NCBI RefSeq assembly: GCF_044704955.1
Contig: NC_091990.1
Span: forward strand, 5,828,001 to 5,892,000
Direction of reading: 5' to 3'
Origin: Pristiophorus japonicus
Taxonomy: Eukaryota
DNA length: 64,000 nt
This document shows, in pieces, positions 36,705 to 48,509 of the stretch. Made by a program: the position numbers and the translations under genes. The notes beneath the pieces were generated by a model. That model was not told the DNA's origin. It did not search any database and saw nothing but the letters and a program-made list of their open reading frames with translations. Position 1 is the first letter of the stretch; the number at the start of each line of letters is the position of its first letter.

Positions 36705-36895
36705 AAGAACGTTGATGTTATTTCCAAGGCTGACACACTGCTGGGTGTGCAGATGATACATCAATAGTGGGCATCACCTTGTTGACAGTTAAAGTTTAAG
36801 TTGATTGAAGCTAAGTGTCATTATACCTTTGATGTTAAGGAATCACCAGCATGTAATGGTGCAGCTATCTGAGCCAATGTGCAATTTTGTTTTGT

Positions 36896-37291
36896 TCAAT
36901 AAAAAACATTTAAACTGAACATTTGTCTGAAAGCATCAGTATTTCTGTAAAAACCAACCCTTCCCGCCCAAGACTTCTCCTCTCCACCTCTACCCCTTCC
37001 CCTTCCCCTCCTGACTCCAAGCCACCTGGCCGAGGAGCTCCTCAGGCGATGCTTCATTGGTGGGGGGGCAGGGGATGACGGCCGACCCGCTGCTTGGACA
37101 GATATGGGAGAGGACGGTCCAAAGGTGGGAACGTGCTCCGAGCCAGAAGCAAGATGTTGCTGCTGGCTCTCATGTGTCATTGTCAATGGGGGTGCAGCAC
37201 CTTGGGGTGCAGTGCCACACTCCGGGACCACTGGGAGCCCTCTGCCACCAGTGTTCCTGGCTACCAGCTCCAGGGCCTCCTCCATCCCTTC
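36896..37291 (-). pseudogene. Probable C-terminal remnant of the convergent second Harbinger ORF (Myb/SANT-type)
   Basis: Open frame ending in RGRGRGRGG, convergent with the transposase; the Myb domain itself is not seen. Confidence 0.45.
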
Positions 37292-37534
37292 TGTTGTGTA
37301 TCTGTAAAGCATGCACTCCCATGTTCCGCCACCAGGGAGTGCATCCCCTAAAGTCCCAAGGGATCCCAGCATCCCTTGGGAGCACTGTATATAAGCCGGC
37401 CCCTAAGGCCTGTTCCTCACTGTGGAGTGTCTTAATAAAGACTGAGGTCACTGTTACTTTAACCTCCCTGTGTGCAGTCTCATCTGTGTTAGGAACACAA
37501 TAACTGGCGACGAGAATACGAATCCAATGCAAAG

Positions 37535-38040
37535 ATGCAGCAAACTGTGAGCATCTTGGAGAAGTCCTCGGCGGGTCAGGACTGGGAAGCCTATGTCGAA
37601 CGGCTAGACCAGTACTTTGTAGCCAACAAGCTGGACGGAGAAGGAAGTGCTGCAAAAAGGAGAGTGGTCCTCCTCACAGTCTGCGGGGCACCGACCTACA
37701 GCCTCATGAAGAATCTTCTGGCTCCAGTGAAACCCACAGATAAGTCACATGAGGAGCTGTGTACACTGGTTCGGGAGCATCTTAACCCAAGCGTGCTGTT
37801 GGCGAGGTATTGGTTCTACATGTGCCAGCGATCTGAAGGTCAGGAAGTGGCGAGCTACGTCGCCGAGCTAAGGCGACTTGCAGGACAATGTGAGTTTGAT
37901 GGCTACCTGGAGCAGATGGTCAAAGACTTTTTTGTACTGGGCATTGGCCACGAGACCATCCAACAAAACCTTTTGACTGTAGAGACACCGACCCTCAGTA
38001 AAGCCATTGCGATAGCACAGGCGTTTATGTCCACCAGTGG
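37535..38040 (+). pseudogene. Gypsy gag, interrupted
   Basis: DWEAYVERLDQYF...ELRRLAGQCEF. Confidence 0.9.
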
Positions 38041-38042
38041 TA

Positions 38043-38740
38043 AACATGGAAACATAGAAAATAGGTGCAGAAGTAGGCCATTCGGTCCTTCGAGCCTGCA
38101 CCACCATTGAACAAGATCATGGCTGATCACCCACCCCAGCACCTCCCCGACCCCCCCAGCCGCAAGGACCACATCCAACTTCCTCCCGAACACATCCAAT
38201 GAACTGGCATCAACAACTCTCGGCGGCAGGGAACCCCACAGGCCAACAACTCCCAGAGTGAAGAAGTCTCTCCCCATCCCAGCAATAAACAGCCCACCCC
38301 CCCATTCCAAGAACATGCCCCCCCCCCCACACATGCTCCAGACCCACCCAACACCCGCAACACTCCCCCCGCACCCAACCCGCCCCGTCTCGTCAGAATC
38401 CTTCCCAAATGCCGAACACCCCCGGATGTCGAGCCCCCAGCCCCGGCCACCCCGGAGCCACGCCCCCGCGATGCCAACCACACCACATCCACCAACCGCC
38501 ATCTGCGCAGTCAACCCGTCCACCCCACTCTGAACACTCCCCGCACCGAGGCACAGAGCCCCCAGACCAGCCCCTCCAACACACTTCGCACCCCCCCCCA
38601 CAGACCTCCGCTGCAATGTGGCCCCTCCTGTCCCCCGCCCTGGGTTTCTCCACCCCCCCCACACCTCCACCACTCTCCCCTCCATCCCCCGCTCCCGTCT
38701 CCCCTCATCTTCCCTCTGCCTCCCCGCACAGGCTCCCATC
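38043..38740 (-). mobile_element. Internally deleted CR1 copy with massive A-to-G change on its sense strand
   Basis: Aligns to 44440-44790 and 3175-3305 with differences that are mostly T>C on the plus strand. Confidence 0.9.
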
Positions 38741-38907
38741 TTGGGGGCGGTAACCTTCTGGGGCAGGGAATTTTAGCCCCCAGCCTGGAAGTCCTGCTCC
38801 CGCCACAGAATTGGCCTTACCCCCCCTCAATGGAAGGGGAGTGTAATTTCCCACACTCCACTTCCTTTGGGGGCAGTTACCGGGGCACGACTGGATGCTC
38901 CTGTGAC

Positions 38908-41900
38908 AGACGAGCTGCAAGCTCTGCAAAACCTGCTAACCACCACGTGGCAGAGGAAGATCGGTCCATGGTGGATCAAAGCAATTTCGAGCCACAGAGA
39001 GAAGAGACAGATGCTGAAGTACACTGGGTGCACACATTTTCGACGAAATGTCCACCTATAATGCTAAATGTAAAATTGAATGGCTTACCCGTAGCCATGG
39101 AACTGGACACTGGCGCTAGCCAATCCATCATGAGTAAAAAGATGTTTGAGAGACTGTGGTGCAACAAGGCACTCAGACCAGCCCTGAGCCCCATCCACAC
39201 GAAACTGAGAATGTACACCAAAGAGCTTATCACTGTCCTGGGCAGCGCCATGGTCAAGGTCACCTACGAGGGCACAGTGCACGAACTGCCACTCTGGATT
39301 GTCCCGGGCGATGGCCCCACACTGCTTGGAAGGAGCTGGCTGGGCAAAATCCGCTGAAACTGAGATGACATCCGAGCGCTATCACATGTCGATGAGGCCT
39401 CATGTACCCAGGTTCTTAACAAATTTCCTTCCCTTTTTGAGCCAGGCATTGGAAACTTTTCTGGGGCGAAGGTGCGGATCCACTTGGTCCCAGAGGCACG
39501 ACCCATTCACCACAAGGCGCGAGCGGTACCTCACATGATGAGGGAGAGAGTGGAAATCGAGCTGGACAGGCTGCAATGTGAGGACATCATCTCCCCAGTG
39601 GAATTCAGCGAGTGGGCCAGCCCGATTGTTCCAATATTCAAAAGTGATGGCACGGTCAGGATTTGCGGCGATTATAAAGTAACTATTAATCGTTTCTCGC
39701 TACAGAACCAAATCCCACTACCTAAGGCAGACGACCTGTTTGCGATGCTGGCAGGAGGCAAGCTCGACCTGACTTCGGTCTACATGACGCAGGAGCTGGA
39801 GGAGTCTTCGAAGGGCCTCACCTGCATCAACACGCAAAAGGGACTGTCCATCTACAACAGATGCCCGTTTGGAATTCGGTCGGCTGCAGCGATTTTCCAG
39901 AGAAACATGGAGAGCCTTCTCAAGTCGGGATCACGCATGGTGGTTTTTCAGGACGACATATTGGTCATGAGTCGGGACACCGTCGAGCACCTACAAAACC
40001 TGGAGGAGGTCCTTCAGCGACTGGATTGCGTAGGGCTGCGGCTGAAAAGGTTGAAATGCGTCTTCATGGCAATAGAAGTGGAGGTTTTGGGGAGAAAGAT
40101 CGCGGCGGACGGCATTCGGCCCACAGACACCAAACAGAGGCTATCAGGAATACGCCCAGGCCACAGAACGTCACGGAGCTGCGGTCGTTCCTGGGACTCC
40201 TCAACTATTTTAGTAACTTCCTTCCGGGATTAAGCACCCTCTTAGAGCCCCTACATGTGTTATTGCGCAAAGGTGAGAACTTGGTATGGGGTAAAAAAAC
40301 AAGTAATTGCTTTTGAGAAAGCCAGAAACATTTTATGCTCCAACAAGCTGCTTGTATTGTATAACCCGTGTAAAAGACTTGTGCTAGCTTGTGATGCCTC
40401 ATCGTACGGAGTCGGGTGTGTATTACAACAAGCTAACATTGCGGGGAAGTTGCAACCTGTCACCCGTGCCTCCAGGAGCTTGTCTAAGTCCGAGAGGGCC
40501 TACAGCATGATTGAGAAAGAGGCATTAGCGTGTGTGTTCGGGGTACAGAAAATGCATCAGTACCTGTTTGACCTCAAATTTGAGCTGGAAACCAATCACA
40601 AGCCCCTCATATCCCTGTTCGCTGAAAATAAGGGGATAAATACTAATGCCTCAGCCCGCATACAAAGGTGGGCACTTGCGCTATCAGCATATAACTATAC
40701 CATCCGCCACATGCCAGGCACCGAGAACTGTGCGGATGCTCTCAGTCGACTACCATTGCCCACCACGGGGGTGGAAATGGTGCAGCCTGCAAACTTGCTG
40801 ATGGTGGCACAGTCCGCAGACTTGTTGATGGTCATGGAAGCGTTTGAAAATGATAAATCACCTGTCACGGCCCGCCAGATTAGGACTTGGACCAGCCAAG
40901 ATCCTCTGCTGTCCCTAGTAAAAAACTGTGTACTGCATGGGAGCTGGGCCAGCATCCCTGTTGAAATGCAAGAGCTAATCAAGCCGTTCCAGCGGCGAAA
41001 GGACGAGCTGTCCATTCAGGCAGACTGACTGTTGTGAGGTAATCGCGTAGTGCTACCCAAAAAGGGCAGTGAGACATTCATCTCGGATCTCCACAGCACA
41101 CACCCGGGTACAGAAATGATGAAAGCGATAGCCAGATCTCATGTGTGATGGCCCGGTATCGACTCTGACTTAGAGTCCTGTGTACGACAATGTAGCGTAT
41201 GTGCTCAGTTGAGCAACGCGCCCAGAGAGGCACCACTAAGTTTGTGGTCCTGGCCCTCCAGACCATGGTCGAGGATCCATGTCGACTATGCGGGCCCGTT
41301 TCTCGGTAAAATGTTCCTGGTGGTGGTGGATGCTTTTTCAAAATGGATTGAATGTGAAATAATGTCGGGAAGCACCGCCACCGCCACCATTGAAAGCCTG
41401 AGGGCCATGTTTGCCACCCATGGCCTGCCTGACATACTGGTCAGCGACAACGGGCCATGTTTCACCAGTGCCGAATTTAAAGAATTCATGACCCGCAATG
41501 GGATCAAACATGTCACCTCGGCCCTGTTTAAACCAGCCTCCAATGGGCAGGCAGAGCGGGCAGTACAAACAATCAAACAGAGCCTTAAACCAGTCACAGA
41601 AGGCTCACTCCAAACCCGCCTGTCCAGAGTACTGCTCAGCTACCGCACGAGACCCCACTCACTCACAGGGGTGCCCCCGGCTGAGCTACTCATGAAAAGG
41701 ACACTTAAAACCAGACTCTCGCTGGTTCACCCTAACCTGCATGATCAGATAGAGAGCAGGCGGCAGCAACAAAATGTAAACGATGGTCGCGCCACTGTGT
41801 CACGGGAAATTGATCTGAATGACCCTGTGTATGTGCTAAACTATGGACATGGTCCCAAGTGGATCGCGGGCACGGTGATAGCTAAAGAAGGGAATAGGGT

Positions 41901-41964
41901 GTTTGTAGTCAAACTAGACAATGGACAAATTTGCAGAAAGCACCTGGACCAAACGAGGCTCTGA
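38908..41964 (+). pseudogene. Gypsy pol (protease, RT, RNase H, integrase), disrupted
   Basis: ELDTGAS, RICGDYK, FQDDIL, CDASSYG, IEKEALA, HVDYAGP, SDNGPCF, SNGQAER. Confidence 0.95.
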
Positions 41965-43207
41965 ACAACCCACAGCAGACACCACCTTTTTCGAGCCCAC
42001 AACACACACCCAAAGGATCAACAACACCATGCCGGACCAGGAAATCGAACCCATCACGCCCAACAGCCCAGCAAGGCCAGGCTCACCCAGCAGCCCTGCA
42101 GGGCCAACAACACACCAGCCCAGCGAGGGCACAGCCAACACACCAGAACAGACATTTGTACCGAGGCGGTCCACCAGGGAAAGAAAGGCTCCCGACTGCC
42201 TCACCTTGTAAATAGTTTTCACTTTGACTTTGGGGGAAGTGATGTTGTGTATCTGTAAAGCATGCACTCCCATGTTCCACCACCAGGGAGCGCATCCCCT
42301 GAAGTCCCAAGGGATCCCAGCATCTCTTGGGAGCACTGTATATAAGCCGGCCCCTAAGGCCTGTTCCTCACTCTGGTGTGTCTTAATAAAGACTGAGGTC
42401 ACTGTTACTTTAACCTCCCTGTGTGCAGTCTCATCTGTGTTAGGAACACAATACCTTCCATGTTATATCTTATTTGTTGGAGAAAAACTCGGTTATGTTC
42501 TTGGTGCTTAGTAGGTTTTTTGCTGTTGGTGAATCTCCGTCATGCCTCCCACAACAGCCAGACAAGCCCACACCACAGCCACACACGCTTTCTGTCCCTC
42601 TCAGCTCCCTCTCTCTCTATCTCTCTTCTGCGCATGTCATGATGACCCGCGACGTCCTGAATCGCGGGAATCGAGCGTTGCTATGCCGTTGCTAAGGACG
42701 GCGACACTTTACGGCAGAAGATCGGCCGATTTAACACGACTGCCCATTTGATATCGCTCGCGGTAACGCCCATTTTTTAAAATGGAGACTAGGTGCTTTG
42801 AGAATGGGCGAGAAGCCGGCGACCTGAAAACCCTTTTTTACTGCCCACACCGGAAATAACGCCCATTTTTGGGCAATAAGCACAAAAGTGAAAAATCTAG
42901 CCTATCGACCCGAAACGTTAACTCTGTTTCGCTCTGCACAGATGCTGCCTGACACGTTGAGTCTCCCCTTCTCGAGATTCCTCAATTTAAAAAATGATGA
43001 ACTGGGGACAGCCAAACATAATCACAAGGGTTTCACATTCAGACAACATGGAACAAGTGAGGCCCAGAGTTAAAGGATCATTTTATTTACTCAGAAAGTA
43101 TAAAGCGATGATTCCACAATCAGCACTGCTGACAACCTTCATTCCCAGGAAACCCGTTGCAAAATTGTAACCTGCAGCCTCTGATAATCCATCCACTAAT
43201 TTTAATA

Positions 43208-43573
43208 TAGGCAACTCTCGACTATCCGCACACGGATGCAACGGGAAACCGCTGTAACAGCATTTAAAATTCCGTGTGTGTGTGCATGCTACTGCAGCCG
43301 CTGTCTCTCGCGGTCGCCGCTGATGTCGGAGTCCCTTCGGCCTGGGAAGGCAGCGGGCTCGGAACCCCGGAGCTAGTCAATGTCCTCCTCAAGGCCACCT
43401 GCATGCATGCTGGTAATGTTCATACGTAACTGCCTTGTTTACTGTTTGTAGCTGATTGCACAGTATTTATTCACTGAAGTTTTAACTTTATAATGTCAAC
43501 TTGCTCTAATGGAGAAATCGTTTACCCGGCATAGCCCAATCCCCGAGGGACCCGGATAATCGAGAGTTGCCTG
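43208..43573. mobile_element. Tc1/mariner (Tigger/pogo-type) MITE with TA TSD
   Basis: TA|TAGGCAACTCTCGACTATCCG ... CGGATAATCGAGAGTTGCCTG|TA. Confidence 0.85.
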
Positions 43574-44307
43574 TAGATGCAAATCACTGGCTGTGGGTCC
43601 TGGATATTCCAGTCTGCTCTTACTCGAAGCCCCCGATCGTAGAATCAGCCCTCGCATTCTCAAGGTTTATAGTCACAAACAGAAACTGCAATGCAATGAT
43701 TTGGCTCCTGCGTGCAATTATAGGCAGGGCACGACATTCAGAGAAAAATCAGTAGATACAGAATGAAGAGAGTAATTAACCCTTGCTCTAATCCCTTTAG
43801 TTAATTAGCCGGCTAAAGTAAGTTGTTTAATTTCCAACAAATACGAGGTTACAGGTGTAAATGACAAAACTCTGGTTCACACAGAGTGCGGCCTAACTCT
43901 CTGTTCCCGAGACAATTCACCTTTCAGGTGTCCGCAGATGATAAACTAGCTGTTTTGTTTGCAACACAAATTTAGACATATTACAAGAAGGTACCTTCAG
44001 GGTAAAAAGAGATGACAAAATCATGAAAACCAGTTGTTTTTGATTCCGAATGGGTCTACCGAACCGTTAAAATGTGTGATTTATTGTCCAATGCTCCGAC
44101 ACATTGCAGGTTGAGAGTGTGAATGCTTGCTCTATTTTCTGTTGCCTGATTGTAGCCATCAATGTGAATTATACAGGCTGAGGTGGGAAATTCCAGGGTA
44201 CTGAGCCCGTGACGACATAGGAATGGCGATAATGTCCTGGTCAGGGCGATGTGATTTGAAGAGCTTGGAGGGGACGTAGTGAATTCATCAATTTTTTTCA
44301 CTCTTGT

Positions 44308-46510
44308 GTCAGCTATGGCTCAGTGGGCAGCGTTCTCTCTCGCCTCTGTCAGAAGGTTGTGGGTTCAAGTCCCACTTCAGAGAGCTGAGCACTAAAAATT
44401 CTAGGCTGATACTCCCAGTGCAGTAAAACATAAAACAACCATAGAAAATAGGTGCAGGGGTAGGCCATTCGGCCCTTCGAGCCTGCACCACCATTCAATA
44501 AGATCATGGCTGATCATTCCCTCAGTACCCCTTTCCTGCTTTCTCTCCATACCCCTTGATCCCTTTAGCCATATCTAACTCCCTCTTGAATATATCCAAT
44601 GAACTGGCATCAACAACTCTCTGCGGCAGGGAATTCCACTCGTTAACAACTCTCTGAGTGAAGAAGTTTCTCCTCATCTCAGTCCTAAATAGCCTACCCC
44701 TTATCCTAAGACTGTGTCCCCTGGTTCTGGACTTCCCCAACATCGAGAACAATCTACCCGCATCTAACCTGTCCCGTCCGTCAGAATCTTGTATGTTTCT
44801 ATGAGATCCCCTCTCATCCTTCTAAACTCCAGTGTATAAAGGCCCAGTCGATCCAGTCTCTCCTCATATGTCAGTCCGGCCATCCCAGGAATCAGTCTGG
44901 TAAACCTTCGCTGCACTTCCTCAACAGCAAGAATATCCTACCTCAGATTAGGAGACCAAAATTGAACACAATATTCCAGGTGAGGCCTCACCAAGGCCCT
45001 GTACAACTGCAGTAAGACCTCCCTGCTCCTGTACTCAAATCCCCTAGCTATGAAGGCCAACATACCATTTGCCTTCTTCACCGCCTGCTGTACCTGTATG
45101 CCAACTTTCAATGACTGATGAACCATGACACCCAGGTCTCGTTGCATATCCCCTTTTCCTAATCTGCCACCAGTCAGATAAAATTCTGTCTTCGCGTTTT
45201 TGCCCCCAAAGTGGATAACCTCACATTTATCCACATTATATTGCATCTGCCATGCATTTGCCCATCACCTAACCTGTCCAAATCACCCTGCAGCCTCTTA
45301 GCATCCCCCTCACAGCTCATACCGCCACCCAGTTTAGTGTCATCTGCAAATTTGGAGATATTACACTCAATTCCTTCATCCAAATCATTGACATATATTG
45401 TAAAGAGCTGGGGTCCCAGCACTGAGCCCTGCGGCACTCCACTAATCACTGCCTGCCATTCTGAAAAGGACCCGTTTATCCCGACTCTCTGCTTCCTGTC
45501 TGCCAACCAGTTCTCTATCCACGTTAGTAGATTACCCCCAATACCATGTACTTTTGATTTTGCACACCAATCTCTTGCGTGGAACCTTGTCAAAAGCCTT
45601 TTGAAAGTCCAAATACACCACATCCACTGGTTCTCCCTTGTCCACTCTACTAGTTACATCATCAAAAAATTCCAGAAGATTTGTCAAGCATGATTTCCAC
45701 TTCATAAATCCATGCTGACATGGACCGATCCTGTCACTGCTTTCCAAATGCGCTGCTATTTCATCCTTAATAATTGATTCCAACATTTTCCCCACCACTG
45801 ATGTAAGGCTAACTGGTCTATAATTACCCGCTTTCTCTCCCTCCCTTTTTTAAAAGGGGTGTTACATTAGCTACCCTCCAGTCCATAGGAACTGATCCCG
45901 AGTCGATAGACTGTTGGAAAATAATCACCAATGCATCCACTATTTCTAGGGCCACTTCCTTAAGTACTCTGGGATGCAGACTATCAGGCCCCGGGGATTT
46001 ATCGGCCTTCAATTCCATCAATTTCCCTCACACAATTTCCCACCTAATAAGGATATCCTTCAGTTCCTCCTTCTCACTAGACCCTCGGTCCCCTAGTACT
46101 TTCGGAAGGTTATTTGTGTCTTCCTTCGTGACCCAGATAATCTGAGGGAGTGCTGCACTGTTGGAGGGGCAGTACTGTCGGAGGTGCCGTCTTTCGAAAG
46201 AGACATTAAACCGAAGCCCCATCTGCTCTCTCAGGTGGATGTAAAAGATCCCATAATACTATTTCAAAGAAGAGCAGGGGAGTTATCCCCGGTGTCCTGG
46301 GGCCAATATCAACAATCAACATAACAAAAACAGATTATCTGGGTCATTATCACATTGCTGTTTGTGGGAGCTTGCTGTGTGCAAATTGGCTGCTGCGTTT
46401 CCCACATTACAACAGTGACTACACTCCAAAAGTACTTAATTGGCTGTAAAGCATTTAGGACGTCCGGTGGTCATGAATGGCGCTATATAAATCCAAGTCT
46501 TTCTTTTTTT
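44308..46510 (+). mobile_element. Deu-type SINE split by a CR1 (44308-44425 and 46142-46510)
   Basis: CCCAGTGCAGTA|...|CTGAGGGAGTGCTGCACTG. Confidence 0.88.
44426..46130 (-). mobile_element. CR1, 5'-truncated, RT region frameshifted
   Basis: KSPGPD, LDFQKAFDKV, KFADD. Confidence 0.95.
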
Positions 46511-47597
46511 CTTCTTCAGCCTGATTGCGTTCCTGGGCCGATCAGCCAAGACAGGCAGACCAGAGTATGCAAGTTATGCAAAGTGAGCTCAGTCCTTCGC
46601 TGTGTGCCATACTGTGGAATGAATGTGAATAGGTCGGGAATCGGGTTAATTTCAGCCAGTGTGCAAGGTGCCAATAGCCTTTTGGTGGAGCAGTGTGGTC
46701 AGTTAGTTAGCTTTGCAATGCAAGTTTTCTTCTGAAAGGGTTTGGGAGTTTTTGTTTTGCGTTCGTTTAGCCATGGAGCATTGTTGCTCACCATTCATCA
46801 TTTCTTTTGTTATGAGATGAAATCAAAACCATTGTCTCTCGCTCTGGTTCCTGAGCTCCTGTCCAACCCACACTGAGGGGATAAAAGCCCCCTTTCTCTG
46901 GCCGTTACTAACAGGTCTAAAGTGAGGCAAGTTCTGGCAATCTCCATCTGCTTCCCAGTGGCTGGAAGGATGTAGCACAGAAACTGCTCACACAATTCAC
47001 AATTAACAGGGAGGGAAAAGCAATAAATAAAACAGGCACTGGGGACTGAAACCCAGATAAGCGCATGCTTTTAAATCCATTGTTGTCATTAGATTACAGC
47101 GGTTATGCAGTTGGGATGGGTCTCCCTTTTGGCTTTGAATTTTACAGTCAATAAATCACAATATTCTGAATCGAAGCCAAGCTGTGCAGTACTCTGTTCT
47201 GTCGGAATACTGCTGACCTGGATGTCATGACTACCTGCTAATCCATTATTCTCTTATTGTTGGAACACAAGGAATACTGAGCCATAAATGGCCAGGAGCT
47301 GCTACTGATTTTAGTGGAGAGAGAAAATGCGAGGAAAATGATAGTTTTGCTGCAAATGCATTTCTTGTGCGAAATGATTGTCTGATAGAAGAGCAGAGTT
47401 TACTGATGTAATTGTAGCTTTAACCTTGTTCAAGGGGTGGTACAGCACTCATTTATATATATTTGCTTGGGTCTAGAAATATTATGGTGTTAAGGCAGGC
47501 ACTTCACTTCTCCTGTGCTAGATTGTTCTGCAAATGGAAATGCCAATTGCAGGTTGTGAGCTGCGGACATGTTCGCCTCCTCCATTGCCAGAAACCC

Positions 47598-48326
47598 AGG
47601 CAACGGAATTCAGCTCCTTGGCCCCGATAGTTATGGCCGCTTTCTTTTTAACAATGGTGTCCGCCCACTGTCGAGGCTCAGGGGCCGATTTTCAGTAGGG
47701 CCTCCGCCCCTCCAAGTGCCGCCCAAAAGTGCCGCCGATGGCCGCCAAGGTACCAGACGGCACTTTGGGCAGGATATTCATCGCCGAGGTCCCACGAAGG
47801 TCAGTGGATGGCAAATGGACGACGTACGCCGTCAATCTGGGCGGCAGCGGGCGGGAGCTCTCATTCCCGGCGGCAGAGGCGCTTGCTGCCCAAGTGCCAC
47901 CGAGGACGGAGCCGGGCCCAGGGAGGGTCGACGACCTGAAAAAAATATCACCAATGAAAAATACAAAAACTATCGGGAGACCTTCAGGGGACCCCATGCA
48001 GGTAAATCACTGTGGAAAATGTTTTTCAAATTGTTCACTTATCTTTTTTTCTGGTTCTTCAGATTCACCGTCGGGGACAGACCGGCCTCCAGCCAGCGGC
48101 CCGCCCCCGTTCTCCCGCCGACTCCCGCCCGCAGGAATCTGGGAGCTCAGTAGGCAGGAGGCCAATCGCGCCACTCGGCCCTCTGCTGATGTCCCTCGGC
48201 GCTTCCCAGCGACTCTCCCCTCCCGCTCGCTCCAGGCCACCCCGAAAGTGGCACGGGGCAGATCTTCAGGAGGAATGTCGGCAGGAGCGGGCGGCAGTAG
48301 GCGGTGAGGTGATGAATTCCAGCCCC
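47598..48326. mobile_element. GC-rich MITE(s)
   Basis: GGGGCCGATTTT at 47681; GAATTCCAGCCCC end. Confidence 0.6.
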
Positions 48327-48509
48327 TCAGACTTTGAATATATTCAAGAAATCGATCGATAGATTTTTGGATATTAAGGGAACCCAGGGATCTGGGGATC
48401 GGGTGGGAAAATGGACTTGAGGTCGAAGATCAGCCGTGATCTCACTGAATGGCGGAGCAGGCTCGAGGGGACATAGGGCCGACTCCTGCTCCTAATTCTC
48501 ATGTTCTTC

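Larger units (their letters stand above)
37292..42453 (+). mobile_element. Ty3/Gypsy LTR retrotransposon with 211-bp LTRs (37292-37502, 42243-42453) and TSD CCTTC
   Basis: About 6 LTR mismatches; PBS TGGCGACGAG (tRNA-Ser-like); PPT GGGGGAAG; PR-RT-RH-IN order. Confidence 0.97.
34882..42903 (+). mobile_element. PIF/Harbinger DNA transposon with both TIRs and 3-bp TSD ATC
   Basis: GGGCCAGATTTTCCACTTT / AAAGTGAAAAATCTAGCCT; ATC at 34879 and 42904. Confidence 0.92.
34750..42962 (+). mobile_element. Inverted Penelope-like pseudo-LTR copy split by Harbinger (34750-34881 and 42904-42962)
   Basis: The two halves join to give the reverse complement of 34120-34320. Confidence 0.88.

Noticed and set aside
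37903-38739. 278-aa Gly-rich ORF as a new gene
   Set aside because: Explained as CR1 sequence after A>G change, which removes stop codons and enriches Gly, Arg and Val.
38112-38740. APOBEC/AID editing or CpG decay as the cause of the skew
   Set aside because: These give C>T or G>A. The intact CR1 coding motifs show that T is ancestral and C is derived.
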